DNA from: an uncultured Alphaproteobacteria bacterium
GTDB taxonomy: Bacteria > Pseudomonadota > Alphaproteobacteria > Rs-D84
DNA: 64,000 bases
Direction: 5' to 3'
NCBI GenBank assembly: GCA_944389185.1
Contig: CALXLL010000002.1
Location: 96,359-160,358 of the forward strand
This document shows positions 20,166-28,940 of this stretch, one piece after another. The position numbers were made by a program, and so were the translations under genes. Position 1 is the first letter of the stretch. Each line of letters opens with the position of its first letter. The notes below the pieces were generated by a model. That model searched no databases. It was not told the origin of the DNA and saw nothing but the letters and a program-made list of their open reading frames with translations.

Positions 20166-20348
20166 TTACTTTACGTCTGGTGAAATTGCATTAACCGGGC
20201 AAACGGCAGCGCAAGTTCCACAAGACATACATTTTGCAGGGTCAATAACGCATTTACCTTCAGCATTAGGTGATATTGCCATAACTGGGCAAGCACCCAT
20301 GCAAGTATGACAACCGATACATTTAGAAGTGTCTATTTTATAAGCCAT
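20166..20348 (-). CDS. 2x[4Fe-4S] ferredoxin
   Basis: Two CxxCxxCxxxCP motifs in 60 aa (CIGCHTCMGACP, CMSCGTCAAVCP). Confidence 0.9.
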   Translation of the reverse strand: MAYKIDTSKCIGCHTCMGACPVMAISPNAEGKCVIDPAKCMSCGTCAAVCPVNAISPDVK

Positions 20349-20363
20349 AGTAAAGTCCTTTTG

Positions 20364-21077
20364 TTAATTTCTGTTGTTGAATAAGCTTAATATATATTGG
20401 AACATTGCTATAAAAGATATATACAGATGTAAAGCACCTAATACAGCAAGCTGATTTTTCTGATTTGTTTCACCCAACACCGCATAAGCGCGTTTCAAGT
20501 TCTGCATATCATAAGCGGTAAATAAAGCAAATACCAGCACGCCTATAAAGCACACTATCGTAGCAAAAGTGCTTCCCAACGGCCAGAATATAGAAGCTAT
20601 ACCGACTAATATTAAACCAATCATACCTAATGTTAAAAATACGCCCAAGAAAGAAAGGTCTTTGATGGTTTTATAACCGAACAAAGCCATGCAAGCAAAC
20701 ATTACTGCAGCTATTATAAAAGAATATAAGATAGCTATTGGGTTAATTGCCAAAGAAAATACTATCAGCGGAGTTATAACGACACCGGTTAGAACTGCGT
20801 ATAAAGCAAGTAACAAAGCGGCAGTAACTGGTTTTAATGAAAATGCACGAACTTGCGTCCATATAGACAAAGCAAGCCCACCGAATAACAGAATATAATA
20901 TAAAGCATTAAATCCGTTTTCGTTAATCAAGTATAAAAATCCGCCACCCCATATCGTCAAATAGCAAGCAACAGCGGTCAAAGCAACGGCACCGAACATT
21001 AAACCGAAGATTTTCTTGAAATAAATGTCTATGCCGGAAGCTTTTTGTTGTGTAGACACAGATTTTGTTTTTGTCAT
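20364..21077 (-). CDS. Bax inhibitor-1 / YccA family membrane protein
   Basis: Seven TM helices with BI-1-like spacing. The start is moved to MTKTKSV (cat 21075-21077), which is preceded by an AAGGAGAA SD. Confidence 0.75.
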   Translation of the reverse strand: MTKTKSVSTQQKASGIDIYFKKIFGLMFGAVALTAVACYLTIWGGGFLYLINENGFNALYYILLFGGLALSIWTQVRAFSLKPVTAALLLALYAVLTGVVITPLIVFSLAINPIAILYSFIIAAVMFACMALFGYKTIKDLSFLGVFLTLGMIGLILVGIASIFWPLGSTFATIVCFIGVLVFALFTAYDMQNLKRAYAVLGETNQKNQLAVLGALHLYISFIAMFQYILSLFNNRN

Positions 21078-21148
21078 AATTTTCTCCTTGTTATTTGAAA
21101 TATATATAATACAATGATTAAAGATATTCAAGAACAAAAGGATATTTT

Positions 21149-21394
21149 ATGCCTACATTATATCAAACAAGAAGAAGAAATCAGCTTAAACAGACTAAAG
21201 ATAAAAAACTGGATATAATCAGACCGCAGACGGAAAAAGAAAAGATAACTTTCTTTAACCAGGCAGAAAAGAAATTATTAGCTTTCATAGAAAAAGAAAA
21301 AGCAAATAAATATCCTGATGCTTCTGCAATTAAAAACGCAGAAAATAAATTACAAGAAGTAAGAAAATCAAAACAAAGATTTAACGAAAGATAA
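21149..21394 (+). CDS. Small Lys/Glu-rich coiled-coil protein (1 of 3 in tandem)
   Basis: 81-aa ORF, head of a tightly spaced three-gene array upstream of lgt. Confidence 0.4.
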   Translation: MPTLYQTRRRNQLKQTKDKKLDIIRPQTEKEKITFFNQAEKKLLAFIEKEKANKYPDASAIKNAENKLQEVRKSKQRFNER

Positions 21395-21405
21395 AAGGAA
21401 ACAAG

Positions 21406-21663
21406 ATGGATTCAGATTTTAAAAATTTTTCAGGTAATACGGCAAAACGTGCTTGTCTAAGAAACGCTTTTAACAACCAAGAAATATTGAAGAATAAAAG
21501 AGTAAGGGCTGAAGGTATACAAGGCCTGAAACGCAAAGCAGAGACTTTAGAAGCTGAAATAGCAGAATTAGAAAAAAATAAAGATTTATATGCAAAAGAA
21601 ATAAAAAAAAGACGTGAAATATTATCGTGCATAAAATCTACTTTGCAATCAAATGCTAAATAG
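21406..21663 (+). CDS. Small Lys/Glu-rich coiled-coil protein (2 of 3)
   Basis: 85-aa ORF with the heptad-like stretch LEAEIAELEKNKDLYAKEIKK. Confidence 0.4.
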   Translation: MDSDFKNFSGNTAKRACLRNAFNNQEILKNKRVRAEGIQGLKRKAETLEAEIAELEKNKDLYAKEIKKRREILSCIKSTLQSNAK

Positions 21664-21675
21664 TGGGGAATAATC

Positions 21676-21879
21676 ATGGAACAGCAAGAATCATTAAATA
21701 TAAGCCATGAAAAATTACAAAAATATAACGAATTAACGGCTCTTATAACAAAACGTAGCAAAGAATTAGAACGCGAAAAAAAACAATCTAAACCAGATAA
21801 TAAAAAAATAGCGCGTTTAGAAAATATAGTTAAAGAGCTTACAAAAACAACTAAAAAAATGGTTGAATTAAGTCGTTAA
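21676..21879 (+). CDS. Small coiled-coil protein (3 of 3), weakly DUF465/YdcH-like
   Basis: 67-aa ORF. SKPDNKKIARLENIVKELTK loosely recalls the P-x-D...LK..KL..K pattern of DUF465. Confidence 0.35.
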   Translation: MEQQESLNISHEKLQKYNELTALITKRSKELEREKKQSKPDNKKIARLENIVKELTKTTKKMVELSR

Positions 21880-21884
21880 GCATC

Positions 21885-22688
21885 ATGGCTATCGTCATAG
21901 AACCTATTTCACCGGTGGCTTTTAGTATATTTGGATTGGATATACGTTGGTATGCGCTGGCGTATATAGCTGCTTTTGTTATAGGTTATTTATTCATACG
22001 ATTTATGACGAAAGGTGATAAAGCAGAAATTACTTTATCAAAAAAGCAAGTTGACGATTTATTAACAGCCTTGATACTGGGTGTCATACTTGGCGGTAGA
22101 ATAGGTTATGTGCTATTTTATAATTTAGAGTTCTTTATCGCCAATCCGTTAGAAATATTCGCTTTGTGGCATGGCGGAATGAGCTTTCACGGTGGTTTAG
22201 TTGGTGTAATTATCGCAACATTCTTATTCGCAAGAAAAGAAAAGTTAAACGCTTGGAAGATTCTAGATTTGTTGTCTTTAATAGCTCCTGTTGGTTTGTT
22301 CTTCGGAAGAATTGCTAATTTTATAAATATGGAAGTTATGGGGCGACCTACGGACAGTGCGTTTGGTGTAATGTTTAACGGTTATAGCGCAGTTGCGCGT
22401 CATCCAAGCCCTTTATATGAAGCCGCGACCGAAGGTGTGCTGTTATTCATTATTATGATGCTGTTATACAAGTTTACATCATTAAAGAAAAAGCCTGGTG
22501 CTTTGGCGGGTGTCTTGGGTATGGGGTATGCCGTATTCAGAATAATATGCGAGCATTTCAGGGCACCAGACGTTCAAGTTGGTTTTCTTACCAGCTGGGG
22601 ACTTACAATGGGGCAACTTCTATCGGGAGTTATGTTTGTTGCAGGTTTAGGTATATTTATTTATGCGATTAAGAAAAAGGTTAAATAA
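21885..22688 (+). CDS. lgt: Prolipoprotein diacylglyceryl transferase
   Basis: GLDIRWYALAYI, WHGGMSFHGGL and GRIANFINMEV motifs, multi-pass membrane protein. Confidence 0.9.
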   Translation: MAIVIEPISPVAFSIFGLDIRWYALAYIAAFVIGYLFIRFMTKGDKAEITLSKKQVDDLLTALILGVILGGRIGYVLFYNLEFFIANPLEIFALWHGGMSFHGGLVGVIIATFLFARKEKLNAWKILDLLSLIAPVGLFFGRIANFINMEVMGRPTDSAFGVMFNGYSAVARHPSPLYEAATEGVLLFIIMMLLYKFTSLKKKPGALAGVLGMGYAVFRIICEHFRAPDVQVGFLTSWGLTMGQLLSGVMFVAGLGIFIYAIKKKVK

Positions 22689-22957
22689 TGTCATATAACG
22701 AAAAGTTAAGTTTAGATGAATTATTGGTTGCAAATAAAACGCAAGAAGGAAATTGTTCTGCCTGTTGTTTTAAGAATTGGAATAAAGCTTGCTATAAATT
22801 AATTTGTCAGGACAAAGAAGGTCACACTGTTTATTGGACTTTATCGCAAGGTGGTTATAAAGACATACCATTTATATGGGACGATTACATGCGTAAATAT
22901 AGAGATATAAAATCGTTATGTCGTTCCAAGATATCTGATTTATATAAAGTTAAATAG
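22688..22957 (+). CDS. Hypothetical Cys-rich small protein
   Basis: 89-aa ORF overlapping the lgt stop (ATAATG). It contains CSACC...C...C. Confidence 0.35.
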   Translation: MSYNEKLSLDELLVANKTQEGNCSACCFKNWNKACYKLICQDKEGHTVYWTLSQGGYKDIPFIWDDYMRKYRDIKSLCRSKISDLYKVK

Positions 22958-23013
22958 TCTGCATAATTTTGGGGTTGAAAAAGATAAAAAAATATATAAA
23001 ATAGGCAGAGTAA

Positions 23014-23057
23014 AAAGTTAAGGATGGGTGGCAGAGCAGGCAATAGCGACGGTCTTG
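23014..23057 (+). pseudogene. Degenerate duplicate of the 5' half (plus 8-nt leader) of tRNA-Ser(UGA)
   Basis: aaagttaaGGATGGGTGGCAGAGCaGGcaAtaGCGACGGTCTTG matches 23174-23217 at 39/44 positions, offset by exactly 160 bp. D-stem pairing is lost and there is no T arm or 3' acceptor strand. Confidence 0.8.
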
Positions 23058-23181
23058 CATACGAGTCAGCAAGACAAGCATAGCGAAGTCGAGCGCGAAC
23101 GAGTGGTGAGCAGCACCGTCAGGTGCGATAAGCGAACAAAACCGCAGGTTTGAAAGACTGGCGGGTAATAGTTAAAGTTAA

Positions 23182-23271
23182 GGATGGGTGGCAGAGCGGT
23201 CGAATGCGACGGTCTTGAAAACCGCTGTGGGGGCAACTCCACCGGGGGTTCGAATCCCTCCCCATCCGCCA
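23182..23271 (+). tRNA. tRNA-Ser (anticodon UGA), type II with a long variable arm
   Basis: GGATGGG-TG-GCA-GAGCGGTCGAA-TGC-G-ACGGT-CTTGAAA-ACCGC-(variable arm TGTGGGGGCAACTCCACC)-GGGGG-TTCGAAT-CCCTC-CCCATCC-G-CCA. Confidence 0.95.
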
Positions 23272-23322
23272 TTTTTTGTTTTATGTCTTTAAGATATCAT
23301 TATAGGTATTAAGGAATTGACT

Positions 23323-25917
23323 ATGTTTGATTATAAGTCCGAAAAAAAACTAGATGATAAATTAGTTTTCTCTGATATAGAAAATAGATGTATGCAATTC
23401 TGGGAAAAGAACGCAATCTATGCATACGATAAAAGTGCGAAACGTGATGATACTTATGTCGTAGATACGCCGCCACCAACGGTTTCAGGTTCTTTGCATA
23501 TCGGACATATTATGAGTTATACTCAGACAGATATAACAGTTCGTTGGCAAAGAATGAATGGTAAGTCTATATTCTTTCCTATTGGGTGGGACGATAACGG
23601 TCTGCCAACAGAACGCCGAGTTCAAAATTATTACGGCATAGCTTGTGACGTTAATTTACCTTATGATGATTCTTTCGTGCCACAGCACGTTGAAGATGTA
23701 AAAGATTTAAAGCATGTTTCTCGTAAAAACTTTGTTGAAACTTGCAATATTCTGACTCAGAAAGACGAAGAAGTTTTTGAAAGTATTTTTCGCAGAATTG
23801 GCCACTCTTATGACTGGAATCTGAAATATTCTACGATTTCACCTGTTGCGATAAAAGTTTCTCAGAAGTCGTTTTTAGATTTAGTTCAAAAAGGTTTCTG
23901 TAAGTGCGTGGAAGCACCGACTATGTGGGATATAGATTTTCAGTCTGCTATTGCTCAAGCTGAAATAGAAGACCGAGAAGTCCCAGGTTTCTTTCATGAT
24001 ATAAAGTTCGGTATTGAAGGTTCCGATGGTGACTTTATAAAAATTGCAACGACCAGACCAGAGTTTTTACCAGCTTGTATCGCGGTGGTTGCGCACCCCG
24101 AAGATGAACGTTATCAACGCTATTTCGGCAAGACGGCTATTGTTCCTTTATTTAATATTCCTGTTCCAATTATTGCTTCAGAACATGCTGATAAAGATAA
24201 GGGAACGGGTATAATGATGGTTTGCACTTTTGGTGACGCAGCTGACGTAGCTTGGTGGAAACAGTCGGGTTTACCTATTAAGCAAATAGTAGGTAAAGAC
24301 GGGTGCATTATACCTTTGGAGTATGGGCAGGGTAATTTTGTTAGTTTAGATGCGGAAAAAGCAAAGCAATATTATAATCAGCTGGCAGGGTTACCAATTA
24401 AAAAAGCACGTGCAAAGATAGTAGAGTTTTTACGTGAAAGCGGTGATTTAATGGACGAACCGCGTTCATTGACACATCCTGTAAAGTTTTATGAAAAAGG
24501 TGAAAGACCATTAGAGTTTGTATCTTCAAGACAATGGTTCGTAGACATTTTGCGCATTAAGCAAGAATTGATAGAGCAAGGGCGCAAAATAAAATGGATA
24601 CCGCAACATATGCAGACCAGATACGAAGCGTGGGTAAACGGGTTGAATCAGGATTGGTGCATTTCCAGACAGCGCTTTTTCGGGGTTCCGTTTCCTGTAT
24701 GGTATAAAGTAAATGAATACGGGATTGCCGATTATAATCAGCCTATATATCCAGACGTTTCACGTTTACCGATTGACCCTATGATAGACGTTCCTGAAGG
24801 TTATACCGAAGAACAACGCGGTCAGGTTGGTGGTTTTATAGGTGAAAAAGATATTATGGATACTTGGGCGACTTCGTCTTTGACACCTCAGATTGCTATG
24901 GCGATTGCACCAGAAGGTAATCATATTTCTTTACCGTTTGATGTCAGACCGCAGGCTCATGACATTATAAGAACGTGGGCTTTTTATACGATTATGAAAG
25001 CTTACGCTTCGGAAAATACTATACCTTGGTATGAAGCTCATATCAGCGGGTTCGTGCTTGACCCAGACCGTAAGAAAATGAGCAAATCAAAAGGTAATGT
25101 GACAACGCCATTAAACTTGATAGAAAAGTATTCTTCGGATGCGGTTCGTTATTGGGCTGGGCGCGCAAGACTTGGTATAGATGCTTTGTTTGAAGAGCAG
25201 ATTATGGATCAAGGTAAAAAACTTTGCATGAAGTTTTTCAACGCTTCTAAGTTCGTGTTTAATATAGTTGCTCAGAGCGGTATAGATGTAAAATCCGATT
25301 ACAAAAGCAATATCAAAGACGATTTAGATTGCTCTTGGATTGGTAAAATGAATGCAGGCATAAAATCTGCTAGAAAATATTTTGACAACAACGATTATTC
25401 AGGTGCCTTAGAGGTTACAGAACGTTTGTTTTGGGACTTCTGCGACAATTACTTGGAAATAGTAAAAGGACGTGCATACAGTGAAGATTCCGCGTCCGCC
25501 GTTTCTACTTTAATGTTGTCTATTGATTTATTCTGCAAAATGTTTGCGCCGTTCTTGGTATTTATAACGGAAGAGGTTTATCAATCTCGTTCTTGGGGTG
25601 GTAATATATCTGTTCATAGTGAACGTTATCCAGAAGACAAAGATTACGATAGTTTTGCGTCTATGGATTTATACAATTCGGTTGTAAGTGTTGTTGAAAG
25701 CGTAAGAAAAGCAAAAGCAGAAAATAAGCTTTCAGTAAAAGCCCCTGTATGTGCCATGAAGTTGGTTGGTGATAACAAATCAATTGAATATGTAAAAAAG
25801 GCGGACGGTGACGTAAGAAAAGTTTTGAATGTCACAGCGCCAGAGATAGAATATAGCACCGATACAGAAGCTGGTATAAAATTAGAAAAAATAGAATTTG
25901 AAACAGTAGATAAATAA
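23323..25917 (+). CDS. valS: Valine--tRNA ligase
   Basis: HIGH box (GSLHIGH), KMSKS box, and CP1 editing domain. ATG at 23323 with an AAGGAA SD is preferred over the TTG at 23317. Confidence 0.92.
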   Translation: MFDYKSEKKLDDKLVFSDIENRCMQFWEKNAIYAYDKSAKRDDTYVVDTPPPTVSGSLHIGHIMSYTQTDITVRWQRMNGKSIFFPIGWDDNGLPTERRVQNYYGIACDVNLPYDDSFVPQHVEDVKDLKHVSRKNFVETCNILTQKDEEVFESIFRRIGHSYDWNLKYSTISPVAIKVSQKSFLDLVQKGFCKCVEAPTMWDIDFQSAIAQAEIEDREVPGFFHDIKFGIEGSDGDFIKIATTRPEFLPACIAVVAHPEDERYQRYFGKTAIVPLFNIPVPIIASEHADKDKGTGIMMVCTFGDAADVAWWKQSGLPIKQIVGKDGCIIPLEYGQGNFVSLDAEKAKQYYNQLAGLPIKKARAKIVEFLRESGDLMDEPRSLTHPVKFYEKGERPLEFVSSRQWFVDILRIKQELIEQGRKIKWIPQHMQTRYEAWVNGLNQDWCISRQRFFGVPFPVWYKVNEYGIADYNQPIYPDVSRLPIDPMIDVPEGYTEEQRGQVGGFIGEKDIMDTWATSSLTPQIAMAIAPEGNHISLPFDVRPQAHDIIRTWAFYTIMKAYASENTIPWYEAHISGFVLDPDRKKMSKSKGNVTTPLNLIEKYSSDAVRYWAGRARLGIDALFEEQIMDQGKKLCMKFFNASKFVFNIVAQSGIDVKSDYKSNIKDDLDCSWIGKMNAGIKSARKYFDNNDYSGALEVTERLFWDFCDNYLEIVKGRAYSEDSASAVSTLMLSIDLFCKMFAPFLVFITEEVYQSRSWGGNISVHSERYPEDKDYDSFASMDLYNSVVSVVESVRKAKAENKLSVKAPVCAMKLVGDNKSIEYVKKADGDVRKVLNVTAPEIEYSTDTEAGIKLEKIEFETVDK

Positions 25918-25942
25918 AAAACGCCGTTTGGCGTTTTTTATT
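25917..25942. terminator. Bidirectional terminator between valS and a convergent lipoprotein gene
   Basis: Hairpin AACGCC-gttt-GGCGTT flanked by A and T runs. Confidence 0.85.
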
Positions 25943-25958
25943 TTTAAGTATTACGAAA

Positions 25959-26969
25959 TTATTGTGCTTTTCCACCAAAACCTATATTTATATGAGTGTA
26001 ATCTTGTTCGTTACCATCTGGTAAGGTTCCCTGATAATAATCAAATAAGACGACAGCTTCTTCTGGCTTATTTACAGTTCCATAATATTCAGATTCGAAA
26101 GAAATAGCTTCTTTGTCATTTGGTTTAGCATTATCAGAAAGATTCGGTGTAGGTTGATTTATAGTATAAGGTCCTGAATAGTCTCCAGAAATATTAAAAG
26201 TAACAGTATCATCATTATTTTTTGTAACTTTTACATCATACCAATTATTAAAGCTAGCACTTAATGTTTCTGTTAATGTATCCTTATTAACAGACAAGGT
26301 AGCGTTTGTGTCTTCTATGATTAAATCGCTTACGCTTCCTTTAGCTAAACCTTTAAAAGTTATATTATTATTAAAATCTTCTGTAGATATATTTTTGGCA
26401 TCATAACCACCAATATAGGCAATGTGTTCATCTTCATTAAGCCATTCGTGACCGTCTATTCCATTTACAGATATCATACCAAAATCTGCATATCTTAAAC
26501 CGATGTCTTTTGCAAAACTATTATAAGAAAGGCTTGTATTTGCTGTTTCATTAATATATGGGTTGAATATAGCGATTTCAAAATCATTTGTATCTTTTAT
26601 TCTTTTTGCTACCTCATTTTTAAAGTTTAGAGCTGTAATTTTACCGTTTTCATCAATTATAAAAGATAAATTATCTTCAGTTTCGTTCGGGGAAAAAGCA
26701 TCAGCTGTTTCAAAATTAACATTATCAAGTCTATAAGAAAGATAACTTTTTCCATTAAAATTGACTACGTTTGAAGATGTTCTAATTATTTCTTGAGATG
26801 CGGAATCTGTGGGAATTAATATTTCTGAAGCCATAGCAGTAATTTTTTCATTACTAGCCACAGAGGTATCTGGCACTGGAATATGGTTTATAATTGTAGA
26901 TGGACTTTGGCTTCCACCGCTACAACCGCACAATATAAGAACTGAATATAAAAAAATATTTTTTTTCAT
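25959..26969 (-). CDS. Surface-lipoprotein-like protein with a TbpB/fHbp-type C-terminal beta-barrel
   Basis: Lipobox LILCGCSGG. The C-terminus ...YTHINIGFGGKAQ matches the G-x-F-G-(A/G)-K-x-Q ending of transferrin-binding-protein-like solute-binding domains. The start is moved to MKKNIF (cat 26967-26969). Confidence 0.55.
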   Translation of the reverse strand: MKKNIFLYSVLILCGCSGGSQSPSTIINHIPVPDTSVASNEKITAMASEILIPTDSASQEIIRTSSNVVNFNGKSYLSYRLDNVNFETADAFSPNETEDNLSFIIDENGKITALNFKNEVAKRIKDTNDFEIAIFNPYINETANTSLSYNSFAKDIGLRYADFGMISVNGIDGHEWLNEDEHIAYIGGYDAKNISTEDFNNNITFKGLAKGSVSDLIIEDTNATLSVNKDTLTETLSASFNNWYDVKVTKNNDDTVTFNISGDYSGPYTINQPTPNLSDNAKPNDKEAISFESEYYGTVNKPEEAVVLFDYYQGTLPDGNEQDYTHINIGFGGKAQ

Positions 26970-27051
26970 AAAATCTCCTTTGGGAATATCCATATATATT
27001 ATAATTATATTTATTTGATTTTCTATTAAAATTAGTTATCTTTTTATTATT

Positions 27052-28086
27052 ATGAAAAACGTAGATTTAAAGAAAAAAATTATAAAGCAAACATTTCCTG
27101 CAAGAATGGCAAGGTTGTTAAAAATTCCTGAAAAAAATCTTTATAAAATATTAAGACCTTCGGATGTTTTTGCGTGCAGATTAAATAGGCTTCGTAATGT
27201 TTCTAAGACAAAAGTTATATCCAGCGCAGAAAAGCAAGGTATTGTCTTAGAGCCTATCGATTGGTATCCAGATGCTTTTCTTGTAAGGTCAAGTAAGTAT
27301 GATTTGCTTAATACAGATTTAGTTAAAGGGGGCGTTTTGTATGTTCAGAACGCTTCAAGTTATTTACCTGTTTTGGCTTTGGAACCTAAACCGGAAGAGA
27401 TTATATTTGACGCTTGTGCCGCACCTGCGGGAAAGTCTTCTATGATAGCTTCTTTAACTGGTGGAGACGCGAAACTGTGGCTGAATGACGGAATAAAGTC
27501 CCGACTGGAAAAAATAAAACAAGTTCAAAAACTATTAGGCTTTAAGTATGAAAAGCTAACTTGTATTCCTGTGCAGTCCATAGACAAAGAAATTAATCAA
27601 CAGTTTGATAAAATACTGCTGGACATACAATGTTCTGGTGAAGGTATGATTGATATATCAAAGCCCTTTACTATGAGATTTTGGAACATGAACAGAATTA
27701 AAAAATATATGCACATGCAAACGAAAGCATTAAACGCTTGTTTTCGTCTTTTGAAACCTGGTGGGGTTTTAGTTTATTCTACTTGCACTTTTGCACCGGA
27801 AGAAAACGAAGCTCCTATTTCTAATTTGTTAAAGAATAACCCCGATGCTGTAATTCAACCTTTAATTTTGAATTTAAAAAACGCAAGAAAAGGCGAAAAA
27901 TATTGGGACGATTTAAGGTTTAACACCAGTTTGTCTGGTGCTTTAAGAATCTTACCAAGTGATGGAATGGAAGGTTTTTTTGTGTGTAGAATAAGAAAGA
28001 AACCGACAGAAGATGACTGCGAACCGATAGATTTGAAGCAAATCGGAAAAAAATATTCTGAAATGGCAGAATTACAAGTTAAATAA
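27052..28086 (+). CDS. RsmB/RsmF (NOL1/NOP2/Sun) family RNA m5C methyltransferase
   Basis: DACAAPAGKS SAM-binding motif, DIQCSGEG and YSTCTF catalytic-Cys motifs. Confidence 0.8.
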   Translation: MKNVDLKKKIIKQTFPARMARLLKIPEKNLYKILRPSDVFACRLNRLRNVSKTKVISSAEKQGIVLEPIDWYPDAFLVRSSKYDLLNTDLVKGGVLYVQNASSYLPVLALEPKPEEIIFDACAAPAGKSSMIASLTGGDAKLWLNDGIKSRLEKIKQVQKLLGFKYEKLTCIPVQSIDKEINQQFDKILLDIQCSGEGMIDISKPFTMRFWNMNRIKKYMHMQTKALNACFRLLKPGGVLVYSTCTFAPEENEAPISNLLKNNPDAVIQPLILNLKNARKGEKYWDDLRFNTSLSGALRILPSDGMEGFFVCRIRKKPTEDDCEPIDLKQIGKKYSEMAELQVK

Positions 28087-28088
28087 CT

Positions 28089-28814
28089 TTATCTTATTTT
28101 AGCTAAGCCTGCTGTTATTGCAGATTTGGTTTCTTCTTCTGCCAGATTTTTAATTTTTATAAGATTGCTTTGATAATCTTTCCAAAGCTTTGATTCTTTT
28201 GTATCCGTATCAATTACATCAAATAAACATAAGTCTTCAATAGTATAAAAGCGATTTATAAGTTGCTCGCAATCTTTGGAATATTTCTTTGTTACGTCGC
28301 CAATAGTAAGTTTATGTTGATTAAAATCAATATTAACCGACATTTCTAGTCTAGATTTATAATATTTTGTATACGGTTCTGGATGCTTTATAAACTCCGC
28401 AGTTGCGCGTTCTAATGCGTAGGCTGTGTTATAAGAGTTTTTCTCTTTCCCATTAACAATAGGGGCAAGGCGTGCAGATAGCTCATCGTTTAAAAATAAC
28501 CACATATATTCATAATAATTAAAGTCATAAGGACAATTTGTTAATTCATTAAAGTTTTTCCAATGGTGCAGTTCGTGTATAATTACTGGGTCTTTCGGTT
28601 GGCTATTTAATGCGTCGCAAGCTGCGCAAGCGATTAATCGTAAATAATAGTTCAGATTTTTATAATCTGGAACATAATTAAAAATCTTTATTACGTTGCG
28701 TAAAGAGTCAAATTGTCCTAGACTTCCTATTATGTATGAACCTGTAACTATAGTGTTGATATTATTATCGTTAATTTTTACCGTTTCATAAATGATTTCA
28801 GGTTTTTCTAACAT
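28089..28814 (-). CDS. Hypothetical protein with an HExxH motif (possible zinc metallopeptidase)
   Basis: VIIHELHHW is the only recognisable motif. No signal peptide. Confidence 0.35.
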   Translation of the reverse strand: MLEKPEIIYETVKINDNNINTIVTGSYIIGSLGQFDSLRNVIKIFNYVPDYKNLNYYLRLIACAACDALNSQPKDPVIIHELHHWKNFNELTNCPYDFNYYEYMWLFLNDELSARLAPIVNGKEKNSYNTAYALERATAEFIKHPEPYTKYYKSRLEMSVNIDFNQHKLTIGDVTKKYSKDCEQLINRFYTIEDLCLFDVIDTDTKESKLWKDYQSNLIKIKNLAEEETKSAITAGLAKIR

Positions 28815-28940
28815 ATAATTTCCATTGTTTTTGTAAGATTATATTACAAATTACAAAATTGTCAACGGTTTGCTTTACATAAATAAAGACCAAGATATTT
28901 GGTCTGTTTCTTTGTTTTTTTTGATGTAAGTTTTATTAAA

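Noticed and set aside
23100-23150. Possible SRP (4.5S) RNA in the tRNA-Ser filler, because of GUCAGGU followed by a short hairpin.
   Set aside because: The near-universal GGAA tetraloop and AGCA motif of SRP helix 8 are absent (GAUAA and GAACA instead). I could not find pairing between the 5' and 3' flanks to form the long helix.
23058-23216. A group I intron interrupting a tRNA-Ser in the anticodon loop.
   Set aside because: The intervening segment (about 159 nt) is too short for a group I intron and contains the functional 5' half itself. The upstream copy has a broken D stem, so splicing would give a defective tRNA.
23066-23272. A 68-aa minus-strand ORF spanning the tRNA-Ser locus.
   Set aside because: It is the antisense of a canonical tRNA and its GC-rich upstream filler. 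It has no SD and is an artefact of the locally high GC content.
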